Shown here: positions 1-9,402 of the stretch, one piece after another
Layout of the letters: every line of letters begins with the position of its first letter
How positions within the stretch are numbered: position 1 is the stretch's first letter
DNA from: a virus
Strand: one strand, 5' to 3'
Length of the DNA: 41,137 bases
Virus genome (UHGV): UHGV-0139000
Notes under the pieces: generated by a model
The model's database searches: none
Told to the model about the DNA's origin: nothing
What the model saw: the letters and a program-made list of their open reading frames with translations, nothing else
Program-made: the position numbers and the translations under genes

Positions 1-55
1 GTAAATAATGCGCGTATAATGCCCGCCCGGTTTGTGTTGTTTTGAGAGTTTCCTT

Positions 56-103
56 ATGGCGCTGTTAATCACTAAAAAATGCATCAATTGTGATATGTGT
101 GAA
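56..103 (+). pseudogene. yfhL: orphaned native 5' end of host ferredoxin gene (first 16 codons) left at attL
   Basis: ATG at 56 encodes [16 protein letters not shown], then reads into phage DNA and stops after 2 codons (stop 110..112). A near-identical N-terminus ([16 protein letters not shown]) heads the intact ferredoxin ORF at 40827..41087. Confidence 0.6.
86..103. repeat. attL core (18-bp direct repeat)
   Basis: Exact copy of 40857..40874; flanking bases show partial similarity further left. Confidence 0.8.
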
Positions 104-298
104 ATTAAATAAAAATACATTTATTTTCATGGTGATGCAGTAATGTGTTATTGAATGTGTTATTGAATTTATGGTGCAAAAAAATTTTGCATACGTTCAG
201 CAACACAAAGAGCTCCCCTTTCTATAAAGGTTCATTTGAGACTCCCCCTTGACTCCCTCTTCGAAATTGAAGACCATTAACTGTACATAATTACAGTC

Positions 299-577
299 AT
301 GGATAATATTATGCGCAGAAAAGAATCAAACGTTAGCAGTTTGCCGGAACTCACCAATTTTGAGGTAAGCTATTCCCTAGTTACCAATGAAGTTTACTTG
401 TCTGCATCCTTCACTGATAACATGGCCTGTATACCAAACTGGCCCTTACAAGAATTTCCGGATCAACTAATATGCATTTCTCGAGCAAAAGCTATTGCCC
501 TAATCGAAGAGCTCCAGAAGACCATCGACTATATGGACGCAGGAATCGATCGACAATCAGGTAGCCTGCTCCAGTAG
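299..577 (+). CDS. hypothetical protein (92 aa), cargo gene
   Basis: ORF in visibly AT-rich DNA between attL and the tail-fibre switch; no recognisable motif. Confidence 0.35.
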   Translation: MDNIMRRKESNVSSLPELTNFEVSYSLVTNEVYLSASFTDNMACIPNWPLQEFPDQLICISRAKAIALIEELQKTIDYMDAGIDRQSGSLLQ

Positions 578-710
578 CTGGCGAGTTTTATACTCGTTCC
601 CTGCAACAATGGGCTTTTGGTAAGGCACTCACAAATAAGGAATTCGTTAAGGCTTTTGTTCTGGAGACTCTGAAAGATACAAGGAATCAGTTGATGGCTG
701 GTTTGATCAT

Positions 711-751
711 ACTAATTAATATATTGTCAGACTCACAATATATTAATTAGT
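711..751. repeat. perfect 17-bp inverted repeat with 7-nt spacer (actaattaatatattgt / cagactc / acaatatattaattagt)
   Basis: Arms 711..727 and 735..751 are exact reverse complements; lies between the two cargo ORFs. Confidence 0.7.
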
Positions 752-878
752 GGTAGAACATAAAACCGAGTTCTTGACTTTCAATAGCTATTATATGCGA
801 TCAACAACCTTAACCACCTCCTTATATTTTATGAGATACTCAAACAATTTAAATTTATGAGCAAAGGAAAATAATAAA

Positions 879-1724
879 GTGAATAAAAATCCCTGGGATA
901 TTCCAGCATGGCACGCTCTGGGCCGAGAAGCATCTTTAGTTACACAGCTCATTGGTTCTGGGGCAACAGCCATAGGTAAAGCCAATTATGCAGACAAAAT
1001 AGGTGAATATTACACAGCATTTTTTGGGCTTTCTGTAGGTTTTGAGAGACTTGCTAAACTAATACTTGTTGCACACTATGCCATTGAACACAAAGGGAAA
1101 ATGCCTGATGAGAATATTGTAAGAAAATTTGGACATAAGCTCATTGAATTAACCAACGAGGTTGATAGTATTTCTAAAAAAATGCAACTATCTCTGAGAT
1201 ATTCACGTCCTACACATAAAATTACCTACAAAATACTTGAATGTTTAGATTCCTTTGCTGATGCCCGACGGGGACGTTACGCAAATTTCTCCTCATTAAG
1301 CAGCCCCAATTTAACCAATAATGAACCTATTAATAAATGGTGGGGAGAAGTAGCCGAGAGTATCCTTGAAAAACATTATTATTATACAGTTGAACAAAGA
1401 CGTGTTGAAGAAAATGCTAGGTTTATCAATGCCACTCTTTCACCGTATACAACGGTCATGTATATGAATGAAAGTACCAACATTATGCAAGACCTTATAT
1501 CAGCCTCCATCCGTACTGGACAAAATACCATTGTTCAAAAGTGGGGAAGATTCTATTCTCTTAGCATCGCTCGTTGGCTTGCCACAGTATTAGCAGAACT
1601 GTCTGATATAGCTTCTCATAAATATGGAATAATTAGTTTTTATGGCCTTAGTGAACATTGTTGCAGTTATATAGTTGAAGATAGTTTTTTAAAAAACAGA
1701 AAAATATGGCCACTTCGCCAATAG
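879..1724 (+). CDS. hypothetical protein (281 aa), cargo gene of unknown function
   Basis: Long ORF with GTG start at 879 preceded by aaggaaaa; AT-rich codon usage unlike the surrounding phage genes; occupies the position where the invertase 3' half should be. Confidence 0.6.
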   Translation: MNKNPWDIPAWHALGREASLVTQLIGSGATAIGKANYADKIGEYYTAFFGLSVGFERLAKLILVAHYAIEHKGKMPDENIVRKFGHKLIELTNEVDSISKKMQLSLRYSRPTHKITYKILECLDSFADARRGRYANFSSLSSPNLTNNEPINKWWGEVAESILEKHYYYTVEQRRVEENARFINATLSPYTTVMYMNESTNIMQDLISASIRTGQNTIVQKWGRFYSLSIARWLATVLAELSDIASHKYGIISFYGLSEHCCSYIVEDSFLKNRKIWPLRQ

Positions 1725-1728
1725 TTAA

Positions 1729-2043
1729 CTAGAAAATCTGCATAAGGGGGAGAAATCCCCCACCTGTAATAACATAACTACTAAAATTAACACCTTGTTC
1801 GCACAACTCCTCCACCAGCACGACAAGATGCCGCACACTGCGCCCCAGCCGATCCAGCTTCCAGACAACCAGAGTGTCACCTGCCGATAATGTCCTGAGC
1901 AGTTTTTTCAGTCCCGGCCTTTCGGACTTTGTACCGCTTATCTTGTCTTCAAAAAACAGCTCGCATCCTGCACAGTTCAGCGCATTACGTTGTAGATCTG
2001 TGTTCTGGTCATTTGTTGACACACGTACATAGCCAATAAGCAT
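1729..2043 (-). pseudogene. truncated Gin/Pin/Hin-family serine DNA invertase (N-terminal catalytic part only)
   Basis: MLIGYVRVSTNDQNTDLQRNAL...DTLVVWKLDRLGRS matches the invertase catalytic domain as I recall it; similarity ends after about 88 residues (near 1780) and the C-terminal HTH domain is missing. Confidence 0.8.
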
Positions 2044-2069
2044 AGTGGATCCCTCTGACAAAAGCAGGA

Positions 2070-2501
2070 ATGATGCCATTTGCTCGTTATTTCTGCATTT
2101 TCATAAACGTTGGTTTGGGAGAAGCGGCAACGAGGAACGTCGGAACGGATACCGGGCAAGTACCAGATATGAGTAGTTTTACAACGGGGCACTCTGGAGC
2201 AGCAGACTGGCCGAATCCTAAATCTGGATGGAGTAAGGGGCCGGATGGGGTAATTACACAATGGGGTATTTTCGGTTTCCCCGTTGGACAGACAGGGACG
2301 AATGTTGTTTTCCCGCTACCTTTCCCCGCGCGGGTCGAATCAATTACACTGACAATGGCAGATATCCAGGAGTCTCTGCTTTCTCCAGCAACCATGCCTG
2401 CTTATGGAGTTAACTCAACTGGTACTTCAAGAACGGGTTTTACAGCCCGTATGTCAGGCGCCGGTGGGTTTAATCTTTGCTATATAGCGAAAGGGAGATA
2501 A
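2070..2501 (+). CDS. alternative (currently unexpressed) tail-fibre C-terminal cassette inside the invertible segment
   Basis: Reading frame runs through gix-like site L encoding ...NVGLGE, the same peptide the active fibre encodes across site R; followed directly by a Tfa gene. The true coding part begins at the crossover (about 2110). Confidence 0.55.
   Translation: MMPFARYFCIFINVGLGEAATRNVGTDTGQVPDMSSFTTGHSGAADWPNPKSGWSKGPDGVITQWGIFGFPVGQTGTNVVFPLPFPARVESITLTMADIQESLLSPATMPAYGVNSTGTSRTGFTARMSGAGGFNLCYIAKGR
2097..2124. other. gix/hix-like recombination site L of the invertible segment
   Basis: ttggtttgggagaag (2110..2124) is the exact reverse complement of cttctcccaaaccaa at 3948..3962; the site is an imperfect 26-bp palindrome of the AAACC-NN-GGTTT type. 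Confidence 0.65.
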
Positions 2502-2505
2502 CAGA

Positions 2506-2949
2506 ATGAATAAAGTTAAAAGTGTTTACAGCCCGTCCGAAAATGCAATCTACAACGCAGCGCTATATGAAAGTTATATCAAGGAGGGGACATGGCCGCA
2601 GGATGGTATTGAAATCAGCGATGAGGATGCTGTCAGATTTAATGGGGGAAATAAGCCAACAGGAAAAATGCTGGGAATGGTTTCAGGGACCCTTGCATGG
2701 GTTGATGAGCCGCCGCTTTCACCAGAACAGAAAATATCAGATGCAGAAAACATGAAAGCCACATTTCGTGCAAAAGCTGACAGTGAAATATCCTGGCGTC
2801 AGGATGCTGTTGATGCTGGTATCGCAACTGATGAAGAAACTTCAACTCTCACCCAATGGAAGAAATACCGTGTGCTGCTGATGCGTGTTGATACGTCAAC
2901 AGCACCCGATATTGAATGGCCTACGCCTCCGGCAGCTCAGGCCAGATGA
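2506..2949 (+). CDS. tail fibre assembly protein (alternate copy, Tfa')
   Basis: 147 aa; C-terminus TSTAPDIEWPTPP mirrors the C-terminus of the convergent Tfa at 2921..3514; sits after the alternative fibre cassette. Confidence 0.7.
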   Translation: MNKVKSVYSPSENAIYNAALYESYIKEGTWPQDGIEISDEDAVRFNGGNKPTGKMLGMVSGTLAWVDEPPLSPEQKISDAENMKATFRAKADSEISWRQDAVDAGIATDEETSTLTQWKKYRVLLMRVDTSTAPDIEWPTPPAAQAR

Positions 2950-3514
2950 CATCAGGCGCGGTGCTGGTATCTGTTGCCGTCACCGCGTCAATGTAATCCA
3001 GCACGACGTTAAGTCGGGTTGTTTCTGCCTGCGTCAGTTTCCGCCCGGCCTGTAATTTCAGCTGAATCAGACTAATGGAAGCCATTGCTGCATCAATCAG
3101 TGACTGGCGCTGTGCTTCTGCCGCGTCTACTGCGGCACTGTGTTGTGCCTCAGTGTCTGTCACCCATTTCTCACCATCCCATTTATCGTATGGCGTTAAC
3201 GGTGAAATCGTGACATAACCGTCTTTGATGGCACCGATATAATCCACTGTAACAGCTGCGCCATTTTCAGTTGAGTAAACGGTCTCATTGCGATGGTCTT
3301 CTTCATGGCTCCATCCCTTACCCGTAAATACTGCCACTTTTCCCGGAATGTTTTCGCCCGGGTCAATACCAGTGGAACAGGCGGGTATACTTACGCCAGT
3401 ATTAATATATTCATCAGACCAGCCGGTATATTCATACGTTACTGCATTATAATAAAAACAACGCATATCGCCCGGCACTGTAGCCAGCCCATTTTCATCA
3501 AAAACAGGTTTCAT
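2921..3514 (-). CDS. tail fibre assembly protein (Tfa, active orientation)
   Basis: 197 aa immediately downstream of the tail-fibre gene; C-terminus TSTAPDVIWPELP shared with the Tfa' copy. Confidence 0.7.
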   Translation of the reverse strand: MKPVFDENGLATVPGDMRCFYYNAVTYEYTGWSDEYINTGVSIPACSTGIDPGENIPGKVAVFTGKGWSHEEDHRNETVYSTENGAAVTVDYIGAIKDGYVTISPLTPYDKWDGEKWVTDTEAQHSAAVDAAEAQRQSLIDAAMASISLIQLKLQAGRKLTQAETTRLNVVLDYIDAVTATDTSTAPDVIWPELPEA

Positions 3515-4326
3515 TATTTAGCCCTCACCAGAAAGTTAAATGCAATATTTCGCGGTCTGACAGCAACAAAATTCACACCATCACCCACAGAGTTACTGGT
3601 GAAATTAAATCGTGAAAATCCTGGCTGATTTCCGGCGATGCCATCATGAAAGTTAATTGCGTGTCCCGCACCTTCGCCTACATTCCCGGCAAACTGAGAA
3701 AAGTTTGTAGCTGCCTGCCAGCTTAATAATTCGCGACCACCGTCTGCACCTCGCCCGTCATCCCAGATACGAATGAAATCACCGCGGGCTTCAGGTAATA
3801 CCAGCGAAGGAAATACTTTCGCCAGCACAGGATAATCAGTGGCAGAGAATTTCGCGCCGTTGAACTTCAAAAACACCATACTGGACCAGCTGTCGATTAC
3901 AGTATTTGGCATTGCAGCGGACGGCCAGAAGAACGGAACGCCAATAGCTGGAGCACCTTCTCCCAAACCAAGGTTTTCGAGAGCTGTTTTCACCGTGCCG
4001 TCCGATTTGATATCGCCAAACGGATTCTTGCGGCTCAGGTATTCAACAGCAAACCCCGATCCCAGCAATTCAACAAAACCGGGCAGATCACCATTATCAA
4101 GCACATCCCGTTGCGTTTTATCACTTACAAACTGGGCCAGAGCTGCAGCAATAAAGCTGGCCTGCCGAATAACCTTATTGACTTGCGCACTGGAGGCTTT
4201 CCCTGCTGTAAATCCAGATAAAAGCGCGGGCAACGCTTCCCATTCCTCCTGCGATATAACATTGGCATTTCGATCCGTTGCAAACGCTTTAAAGTCATTT
4301 TTCGCCATCAGAGTAATACTCCCCAT
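3514..4326 (-). CDS. tail fibre protein (constant N-terminal part plus currently joined variable C-terminal part)
   Basis: 270 aa; gix-like site R lies inside it and encodes [10 protein letters not shown]; downstream Tfa; preceded by baseplate genes. Confidence 0.7.
   Translation of the reverse strand: MGSITLMAKNDFKAFATDRNANVISQEEWEALPALLSGFTAGKASSAQVNKVIRQASFIAAALAQFVSDKTQRDVLDNGDLPGFVELLGSGFAVEYLSRKNPFGDIKSDGTVKTALENLGLGEGAPAIGVPFFWPSAAMPNTVIDSWSSMVFLKFNGAKFSATDYPVLAKVFPSLVLPEARGDFIRIWDDGRGADGGRELLSWQAATNFSQFAGNVGEGAGHAINFHDGIAGNQPGFSRFNFTSNSVGDGVNFVAVRPRNIAFNFLVRAK
3948..3974. other. gix/hix-like recombination site R inside the tail-fibre gene
   Basis: ttctcccaaaccaaggttttcgagag: 26-bp imperfect palindrome; 15 bp identical in inverted orientation to site L. 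Confidence 0.65.
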
Positions 4327-4988
4327 GCTCCTACATCAAAACCACTGATGAATTCGTTATCCATATCAAAACCAAAAAATTTTGAGCCTTCCGATGGGGT
4401 TTCCACCGAAGGTGTTTCAATGCCACCCGCCCATACCCCGGCGGCTTTTACTGTGAGATACCCCTGTTTAATTGCCGCAATTAACTCACGCGATACATCT
4501 GAAATATCAGTATCAGGAAAGACCCAGACCGATATCGTCATGTCCTGGTTATCGACTATCTGCATTCGCAGCCCGGATCCTGCTGTTGCCGCGTCAAGAA
4601 TTGCCGGAAGCGAATCATTCCGTCCGTCCCAGTTATTAATCGCAATCTTCGCTTTAAGAATGACACGATAAGTTTCATCGCTGAGATACATGTATCCTGA
4701 ATCAGGATCGTATGGTCCCTGCCATACCCCCTGATCATATCCAAGCCCGTCGGTATCCCAGCTGAAATAGACACCTGAGATAGGCTGGCTGACAACACGG
4801 CTACGTCCGATCCACAATCCAAGGATGTCAAGTTGCACACCAACCGCAGAGTCAATATCAAATGCACTAATCAGCCCTCTGGTGGCAGCCGCAACATCAA
4901 TAAGTGGCCGGGTCATCAGATCAACATGCGCAAGAAATTTAGGTTTGGTGGCGTGGTAGTTCGTGATTAGTTCGGTGTATTTGCTCAT
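4308..4988 (-). CDS. baseplate/tail protein (P2 gpI / Mu gp48-like position)
   Basis: 226 aa between the baseplate J-like gene and the tail fibre; assignment by synteny. Confidence 0.5.
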   Translation of the reverse strand: MSKYTELITNYHATKPKFLAHVDLMTRPLIDVAAATRGLISAFDIDSAVGVQLDILGLWIGRSRVVSQPISGVYFSWDTDGLGYDQGVWQGPYDPDSGYMYLSDETYRVILKAKIAINNWDGRNDSLPAILDAATAGSGLRMQIVDNQDMTISVWVFPDTDISDVSRELIAAIKQGYLTVKAAGVWAGGIETPSVETPSEGSKFFGFDMDNEFISGFDVGAWGVLL

Positions 4989-6184
4989 GACTCCACCGTT
5001 ATAACGATATTTTTCGGGGTACAGGACGCAGATTCGTTGTATCTGATATCAATGTTTGATGACGACAAAGCCCCCGGGGATTTCCCAATCGTCAGTTCCT
5101 GAATATCGTAATAGCGTGCATTCCCGCCACTCACCACGCCAAGATTCGCCGGTGAGTAAATGCGACTTAAAAGGACCGAATCACCAATCATCAGACTATT
5201 GATATAGTCGGAAATAGCCTGCTGGATCTGCTGCCCTATCTGTGAGGTATAACCCGTAAAAACTTTTAATTTAATCAGGGCATAAACAGGCACATCACTG
5301 GAACGCGAGAATTTGATTACATGGGGATTGCCGTATTTATCCGGAACCGTAACGGATGTTGTACCGTGAGTGGCTGTCCCCTGGCCTTTATTCCCTCTGA
5401 TAGCCTGAGCAATATCCGTTACATCACCGCCATCCACAATTACAGCAACAGAGTGTGGCGGTAACCCGTTACCGTCCTCCGAACCAGTATCGTTTTCATA
5501 GAGTTTGTGGCGGGTTACACCGGTAACATTAGAAACAGCACCATCCAGTGCTTCAAATGGGGTTATTGATGGCAACGCAACACTTTGCGACTGGCGGATA
5601 CGTAACTCAGCGTCAGTTTCTGCCGGAGTGCCCACAGTGGCTGCAGCAGGATTGGTTACCGAAACCCAGCCACGGGTTGGCGTATTAATTTCAGTGATAG
5701 TTCCAGCCAGCGCCGCCACTGCACCACTGACGGAACATGTTGCGGTCACCATCACTGTACCATCCACGCCTACCACCACTGAAGCAGGCAAACGCCATAT
5801 CACATTATTACTGTCTTTCACGCTGCCATTAATGATGGTTGTTCCGGCAGTTCCTGTAAGAAGCAAATCAACCGTAGAGTTCGTCGCGCCTTTACGTGAA
5901 ATACCATTTATTTTCACGTTACAGGTCAGTGCAGCCCCATAGCCGGTTGCCGGTGAAAAACAGTTGTAGACAGTTATCGCCATATTATTGGCATCATGAA
6001 TCGCCAGCGCCATCAGAGCCACCATCTGGCCGTCTTTGCTATCCGGTTCGAGGTAGGCATCACTGCCATAAATCTGCTGAAAATAGCTAATCAGGGTGCT
6101 GAGTATCGTCTGATAATCAGGCGCACTGATCCCCTCCGCGGTTACCTTTGCAGATAAACCGAGAGAATCAAGGTTCAGAGCCAT
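4985..6184 (-). CDS. baseplate J-like protein
   Basis: 399 aa; position and size fit the P2 gpJ / Mu gp47 family; follows the gpW-like and gpV-like genes. Confidence 0.6.
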   Translation of the reverse strand: MALNLDSLGLSAKVTAEGISAPDYQTILSTLISYFQQIYGSDAYLEPDSKDGQMVALMALAIHDANNMAITVYNCFSPATGYGAALTCNVKINGISRKGATNSTVDLLLTGTAGTTIINGSVKDSNNVIWRLPASVVVGVDGTVMVTATCSVSGAVAALAGTITEINTPTRGWVSVTNPAAATVGTPAETDAELRIRQSQSVALPSITPFEALDGAVSNVTGVTRHKLYENDTGSEDGNGLPPHSVAVIVDGGDVTDIAQAIRGNKGQGTATHGTTSVTVPDKYGNPHVIKFSRSSDVPVYALIKLKVFTGYTSQIGQQIQQAISDYINSLMIGDSVLLSRIYSPANLGVVSGGNARYYDIQELTIGKSPGALSSSNIDIRYNESASCTPKNIVITVES

Positions 6185-6537
6185 TACGCCTCCGATGTAA
6201 CAGTCGTTATTCCATAAAGAGTGTCGATTTCAGCGGAAAACATGACACGTCGGGTCGTGGTATCCACCGTCGTATTGAAATAGAGGATTGATTTAACGCC
6301 CTGCGTTTCCAGAATGCGCTTACGGATCGCCAGGTTGTAGGTTTCCGGCTTCTGCCTGCCCAGCACGGACTGGATCCATGGAGTCCCTTCGGTGGTGTCG
6401 AGAAACCATTGCCCATACCACAATTCGAATCGCGTTTTTACCGCCTGCGCCACGGCCTCCGGTGAGTTAATCAGCCAGGTGTCATCACCGCTGCCAAAGG
6501 TGTAATCGCCATCGGCGTCTTCACGTCTGTATCGCAT
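6184..6537 (-). CDS. small baseplate protein (gpW / gp25 / gp46-like position)
   Basis: 117 aa between the spike and J-like genes; synteny only. Confidence 0.45.
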   Translation of the reverse strand: MRYRREDADGDYTFGSGDDTWLINSPEAVAQAVKTRFELWYGQWFLDTTEGTPWIQSVLGRQKPETYNLAIRKRILETQGVKSILYFNTTVDTTTRRVMFSAEIDTLYGITTVTSEA

Positions 6538-7289
6538 CAGTTTACTCCGTCGGTATTGCTTCCACCGCGCTGAACACCACCATGAGTGTGCGTATCATCG
6601 ATTAGCTTGCCGTTAGCCTTCACGCTACCCAAAAACTCAACAGCACCAGTGATTTTTGAAGCCACACCAGAAACCACAGACCCCACCATGCCCCCCATCC
6701 AGGTTAACAGGCCATGAATGGTTACTTTCTCAGAAAAATCAGCCAGAGGGGCAACCACATCAAGGCCCCCCGGAGCGACAATTTTAATTTTCCTGGTATC
6801 AGGATTAAGCTCAAAATAGGTGCTGCCGTCATCACTACGCAACTGTGTGGCACTGGTATTAATACCGCTAATCTTCCTTGCCTGCGACTGGGGACCGACA
6901 ATACAAAACGCATCCGATAAATCATGCATTCTGTCATCGACCGGCTCCTGTATCCCGCCACTCTGCCACCAGAAATCAATACAACGATCGGCAAAAATCA
7001 CCAAACATTCATCACCGGCTTTAACTGGAAAAGTCAACGTACAGCCTCCGCCGCGCGGAAATACCACTGGCACATCCACCAGCAGGGGTAATGTCGTCGA
7101 CTGGTTGATTCCATTTGAGTCCGGCTCATAGCCTTTAATCGCAGGTTGAACAACCACTGTTACCGTGTCCGGATCAAATGACTGGACGATGCCGGGCATA
7201 GAAACACGCAGCGCCGACATGACAGAGCCAGCAAGTCTTACATCGGCCTGTTCTTTGCTACCAAGTTGAGCGCTTAAAGAAACGGGCAT
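6537..7289 (-). CDS. baseplate spike / assembly protein V-like
   Basis: 250 aa; N-terminal region (MPGIVQSFDPDTVTVVVQP...LPLLVDVPVVFPRGGG) resembles the gpV OB-fold spike family. Confidence 0.6.
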   Translation of the reverse strand: MPVSLSAQLGSKEQADVRLAGSVMSALRVSMPGIVQSFDPDTVTVVVQPAIKGYEPDSNGINQSTTLPLLVDVPVVFPRGGGCTLTFPVKAGDECLVIFADRCIDFWWQSGGIQEPVDDRMHDLSDAFCIVGPQSQARKISGINTSATQLRSDDGSTYFELNPDTRKIKIVAPGGLDVVAPLADFSEKVTIHGLLTWMGGMVGSVVSGVASKITGAVEFLGSVKANGKLIDDTHTHGGVQRGGSNTDGVN

Positions 7290-7306
7290 TCATATGTCTC
7301 CAGAAA

Positions 7307-7332
7307 GTAAAAAACCCGCCGGGTGGCGGGTT
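7307..7332 (-). terminator. rho-independent terminator downstream of the 79-aa membrane-protein gene
   Basis: Hairpin aacccgcc-gggt-ggcgggtt (7313..7332) followed on the minus strand by a run of six T (plus-strand A run 7309..7314). Confidence 0.6.
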
Positions 7333-7348
7333 CATTATTGAAGTTTCA

Positions 7349-7588
7349 TTACTGCTTGTTTGCTTCTAACGCTTCAGCTATTCGGCGAAGATACTCATTG
7401 TTTTTAAATGAAACCATGATGCACTCAAAGAATATTCGGCAAAATACAGCACATAACAAAAGCACTAAAGCGCCAGCAGCCTTCCCATTAACAAACGTTA
7501 TAATGGCGGCAACAACCAGAAGTAACATTGTGATGCCATACAGAACGTTGATGATTTTTGGAGTTATTAATTTATCAAATCCGAACAT
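7349..7588 (-). CDS. small two-helix membrane protein (79 aa), moron
   Basis: Two hydrophobic helices (ITMLLLVVAAIITFV, ALVLLLCAVFCRIFF); AT-rich; own terminator; inserted between baseplate genes. Confidence 0.55.
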   Translation of the reverse strand: MFGFDKLITPKIINVLYGITMLLLVVAAIITFVNGKAAGALVLLLCAVFCRIFFECIMVSFKNNEYLRRIAEALEANKQ

Positions 7589-7727
7589 GCGACAAATTCC
7601 TTATCGTGAAAGTAGAAGTATCACATTATAATTACGGGTGATTAATCAACAATCTTTTTGCATGGAAAGGAACCGATGATTTTCGGCGCATCCATGCTGT
7701 TCTGCAGAAGCTGGACGCAAATGTAAT

Positions 7728-8063
7728 TCACTTCACCTTCCGGCAATCATACGTCCAGAACTCCCGAGGCTCGTCCATATTTTTGCGGATAACTTCAACG
7801 TTGAGGATCGCTTTTTTGTTTCGTTTGATGTAGTCCATACCTAACCAACGTCCAGTATTAGGATCAGGTAACATCCATTGCATCATGACATTATCGAAAT
7901 CGTCTTTTTGTTTCAAAAAGGTCATTTTTTGTGTTTCTGGCTTTTGACCATTGATGTGCATGAGGCCATCATTACCAGCATCAAAGCGGAATGGTCCGCA
8001 CTGCGTTGCCGCCGAAACTGTTAACGGCAGGGCCAAGAATAAACAAAAAAATACTTTTTTCAC
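7728..8063 (-). CDS. secreted/periplasmic small protein (111 aa) with signal peptide, moron
   Basis: N-terminal MKKVFFCLFLALPLTVSA signal-like sequence, two Cys in the mature part; AT-rich; stop overlaps the start of the upstream tail gene. Confidence 0.55.
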   Translation of the reverse strand: MKKVFFCLFLALPLTVSAATQCGPFRFDAGNDGLMHINGQKPETQKMTFLKQKDDFDNVMMQWMLPDPNTGRWLGMDYIKRNKKAILNVEVIRKNMDEPREFWTYDCRKVK

Positions 8064-9094
8064 TCTACATCTCCGACTTTGTCCAAAGTGCCTTTTGCCA
8101 ATAGTTCTTTGCCACCTTTAGCCAGGCAAAGCAGGTCCATATACCACGCCTGCCCTCGGGTGTCGCCAGTATAATCAATGCTGCCCACAATGTAATCACC
8201 GTCAGTATTAATGCTGGCAGGCTGTGACATGCCTGGCAGACCGTTAACGTAGAGATTACCGTCGCTTTCAGACTCATCCAGTCGTGCTGGCGATTTCGCT
8301 ACCTGGTCATTACTCAAAGAGGCACGGTATACAGATGCCTGATCCAGACGAATAAGCCCACCGAGCTTAATATTTGGATTAATCAGGCATCTGACATTTA
8401 CGCCAGCTCCCATCGTCTGCTGTGGCATACCGATAAGCCCGGTGTTAGCATTCAACACCGTAGCAACACCAATATATTTATCTTCAGGAACAATATTTAC
8501 CAGATTATTTTCATACCACCAGTTAGCCTTACACTGCCCTGCGATATGATTCATCAACCTTGATGTGTTTTGATAAACAACGCGCCCCCGGGGAAATACC
8601 GTTTCAGGCATGTCAGGAACTGCGCCGGATTCGATGCCATATGGTTCGAATGATTTCATACCCAGACTGAAAAGATCTCTGTACTTCCAGCCAGCTGCCA
8701 CTGTGGTTTTCACACTTGCGTTCAGGTGGCCTTCCCAGCTGTCAATACACTGCAACATGATCCAACTGTCTGTGGCATTATCTTTACCAGTGACAGTAAA
8801 ACGGATATCTCCATTGAATATCATACCAACGTTTTCATCAGGATAATTACCTGCTGCATCCGGTTGCCCCTTGTATCCGGCAATAACCTGTATACGCGAA
8901 AACTCCTTCTGCATAATCCGGTTCTGAGTGGTAGGAGACAGGTTATAAACCTTAAAATTTCCAACGAATCCATTAAATATGGTCGCAGGCATTTTCTGAA
9001 TATTGAAAGTGACTTTAAGCTCAGAAAATTTTATCCCGTCGCCCTTATCATCAACAAGTAATAATTCAAAGTGACGCATCCAGTTTTTCGACAT
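8060..9094 (-). CDS. tail/baseplate hub protein (putative)
   Basis: 344 aa between tape measure and spike genes; synteny only. Confidence 0.45.
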   Translation of the reverse strand: MSKNWMRHFELLLVDDKGDGIKFSELKVTFNIQKMPATIFNGFVGNFKVYNLSPTTQNRIMQKEFSRIQVIAGYKGQPDAAGNYPDENVGMIFNGDIRFTVTGKDNATDSWIMLQCIDSWEGHLNASVKTTVAAGWKYRDLFSLGMKSFEPYGIESGAVPDMPETVFPRGRVVYQNTSRLMNHIAGQCKANWWYENNLVNIVPEDKYIGVATVLNANTGLIGMPQQTMGAGVNVRCLINPNIKLGGLIRLDQASVYRASLSNDQVAKSPARLDESESDGNLYVNGLPGMSQPASINTDGDYIVGSIDYTGDTRGQAWYMDLLCLAKGGKELLAKGTLDKVGDVE

Positions 9095-9096
9095 TG

Positions 9097-9399
9097 TTAC
9101 TCCGTGAAAACATAGAGGTGTGAGAGCGTTCCAAGATCGAATTGCGTCGGATTCTCCTGCCCTGCCACGTCGCAGAGCACCACCAGAGAAAAACCCAGAT
9201 CCATATATCGATACTGTGCCAGCAGGTCAGCCCCAGTAATCATCGGTATACCTGATATAATGGCGGAGCCATTGCTGTCAGCAAGATCCAGAACCCAGTA
9301 CTCGCCTCGCCAGATGACAGACAGGTGATAAACCGAACCGTTAATTGTGGTGGCAAAAGTCTGATTGTCAGCAACCAGTGGGATTTCTACGGCTTGCAT
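9097..9399 (-). CDS. tail protein, hypothetical (100 aa)
   Basis: Tightly packed within the tail operon. Confidence 0.4.
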   Translation of the reverse strand: MQAVEIPLVADNQTFATTINGSVYHLSVIWRGEYWVLDLADSNGSAIISGIPMITGADLLAQYRYMDLGFSLVVLCDVAGQENPTQFDLGTLSHLYVFTE

Positions 9400-9402
9400 G
9401 AA

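Noticed and set aside
1-120. Possible tRNA or tmRNA gene at the integration site
   Set aside because: No cloverleaf-compatible sequence is visible at either junction; the direct repeat lies inside the ferredoxin protein-coding sequence.
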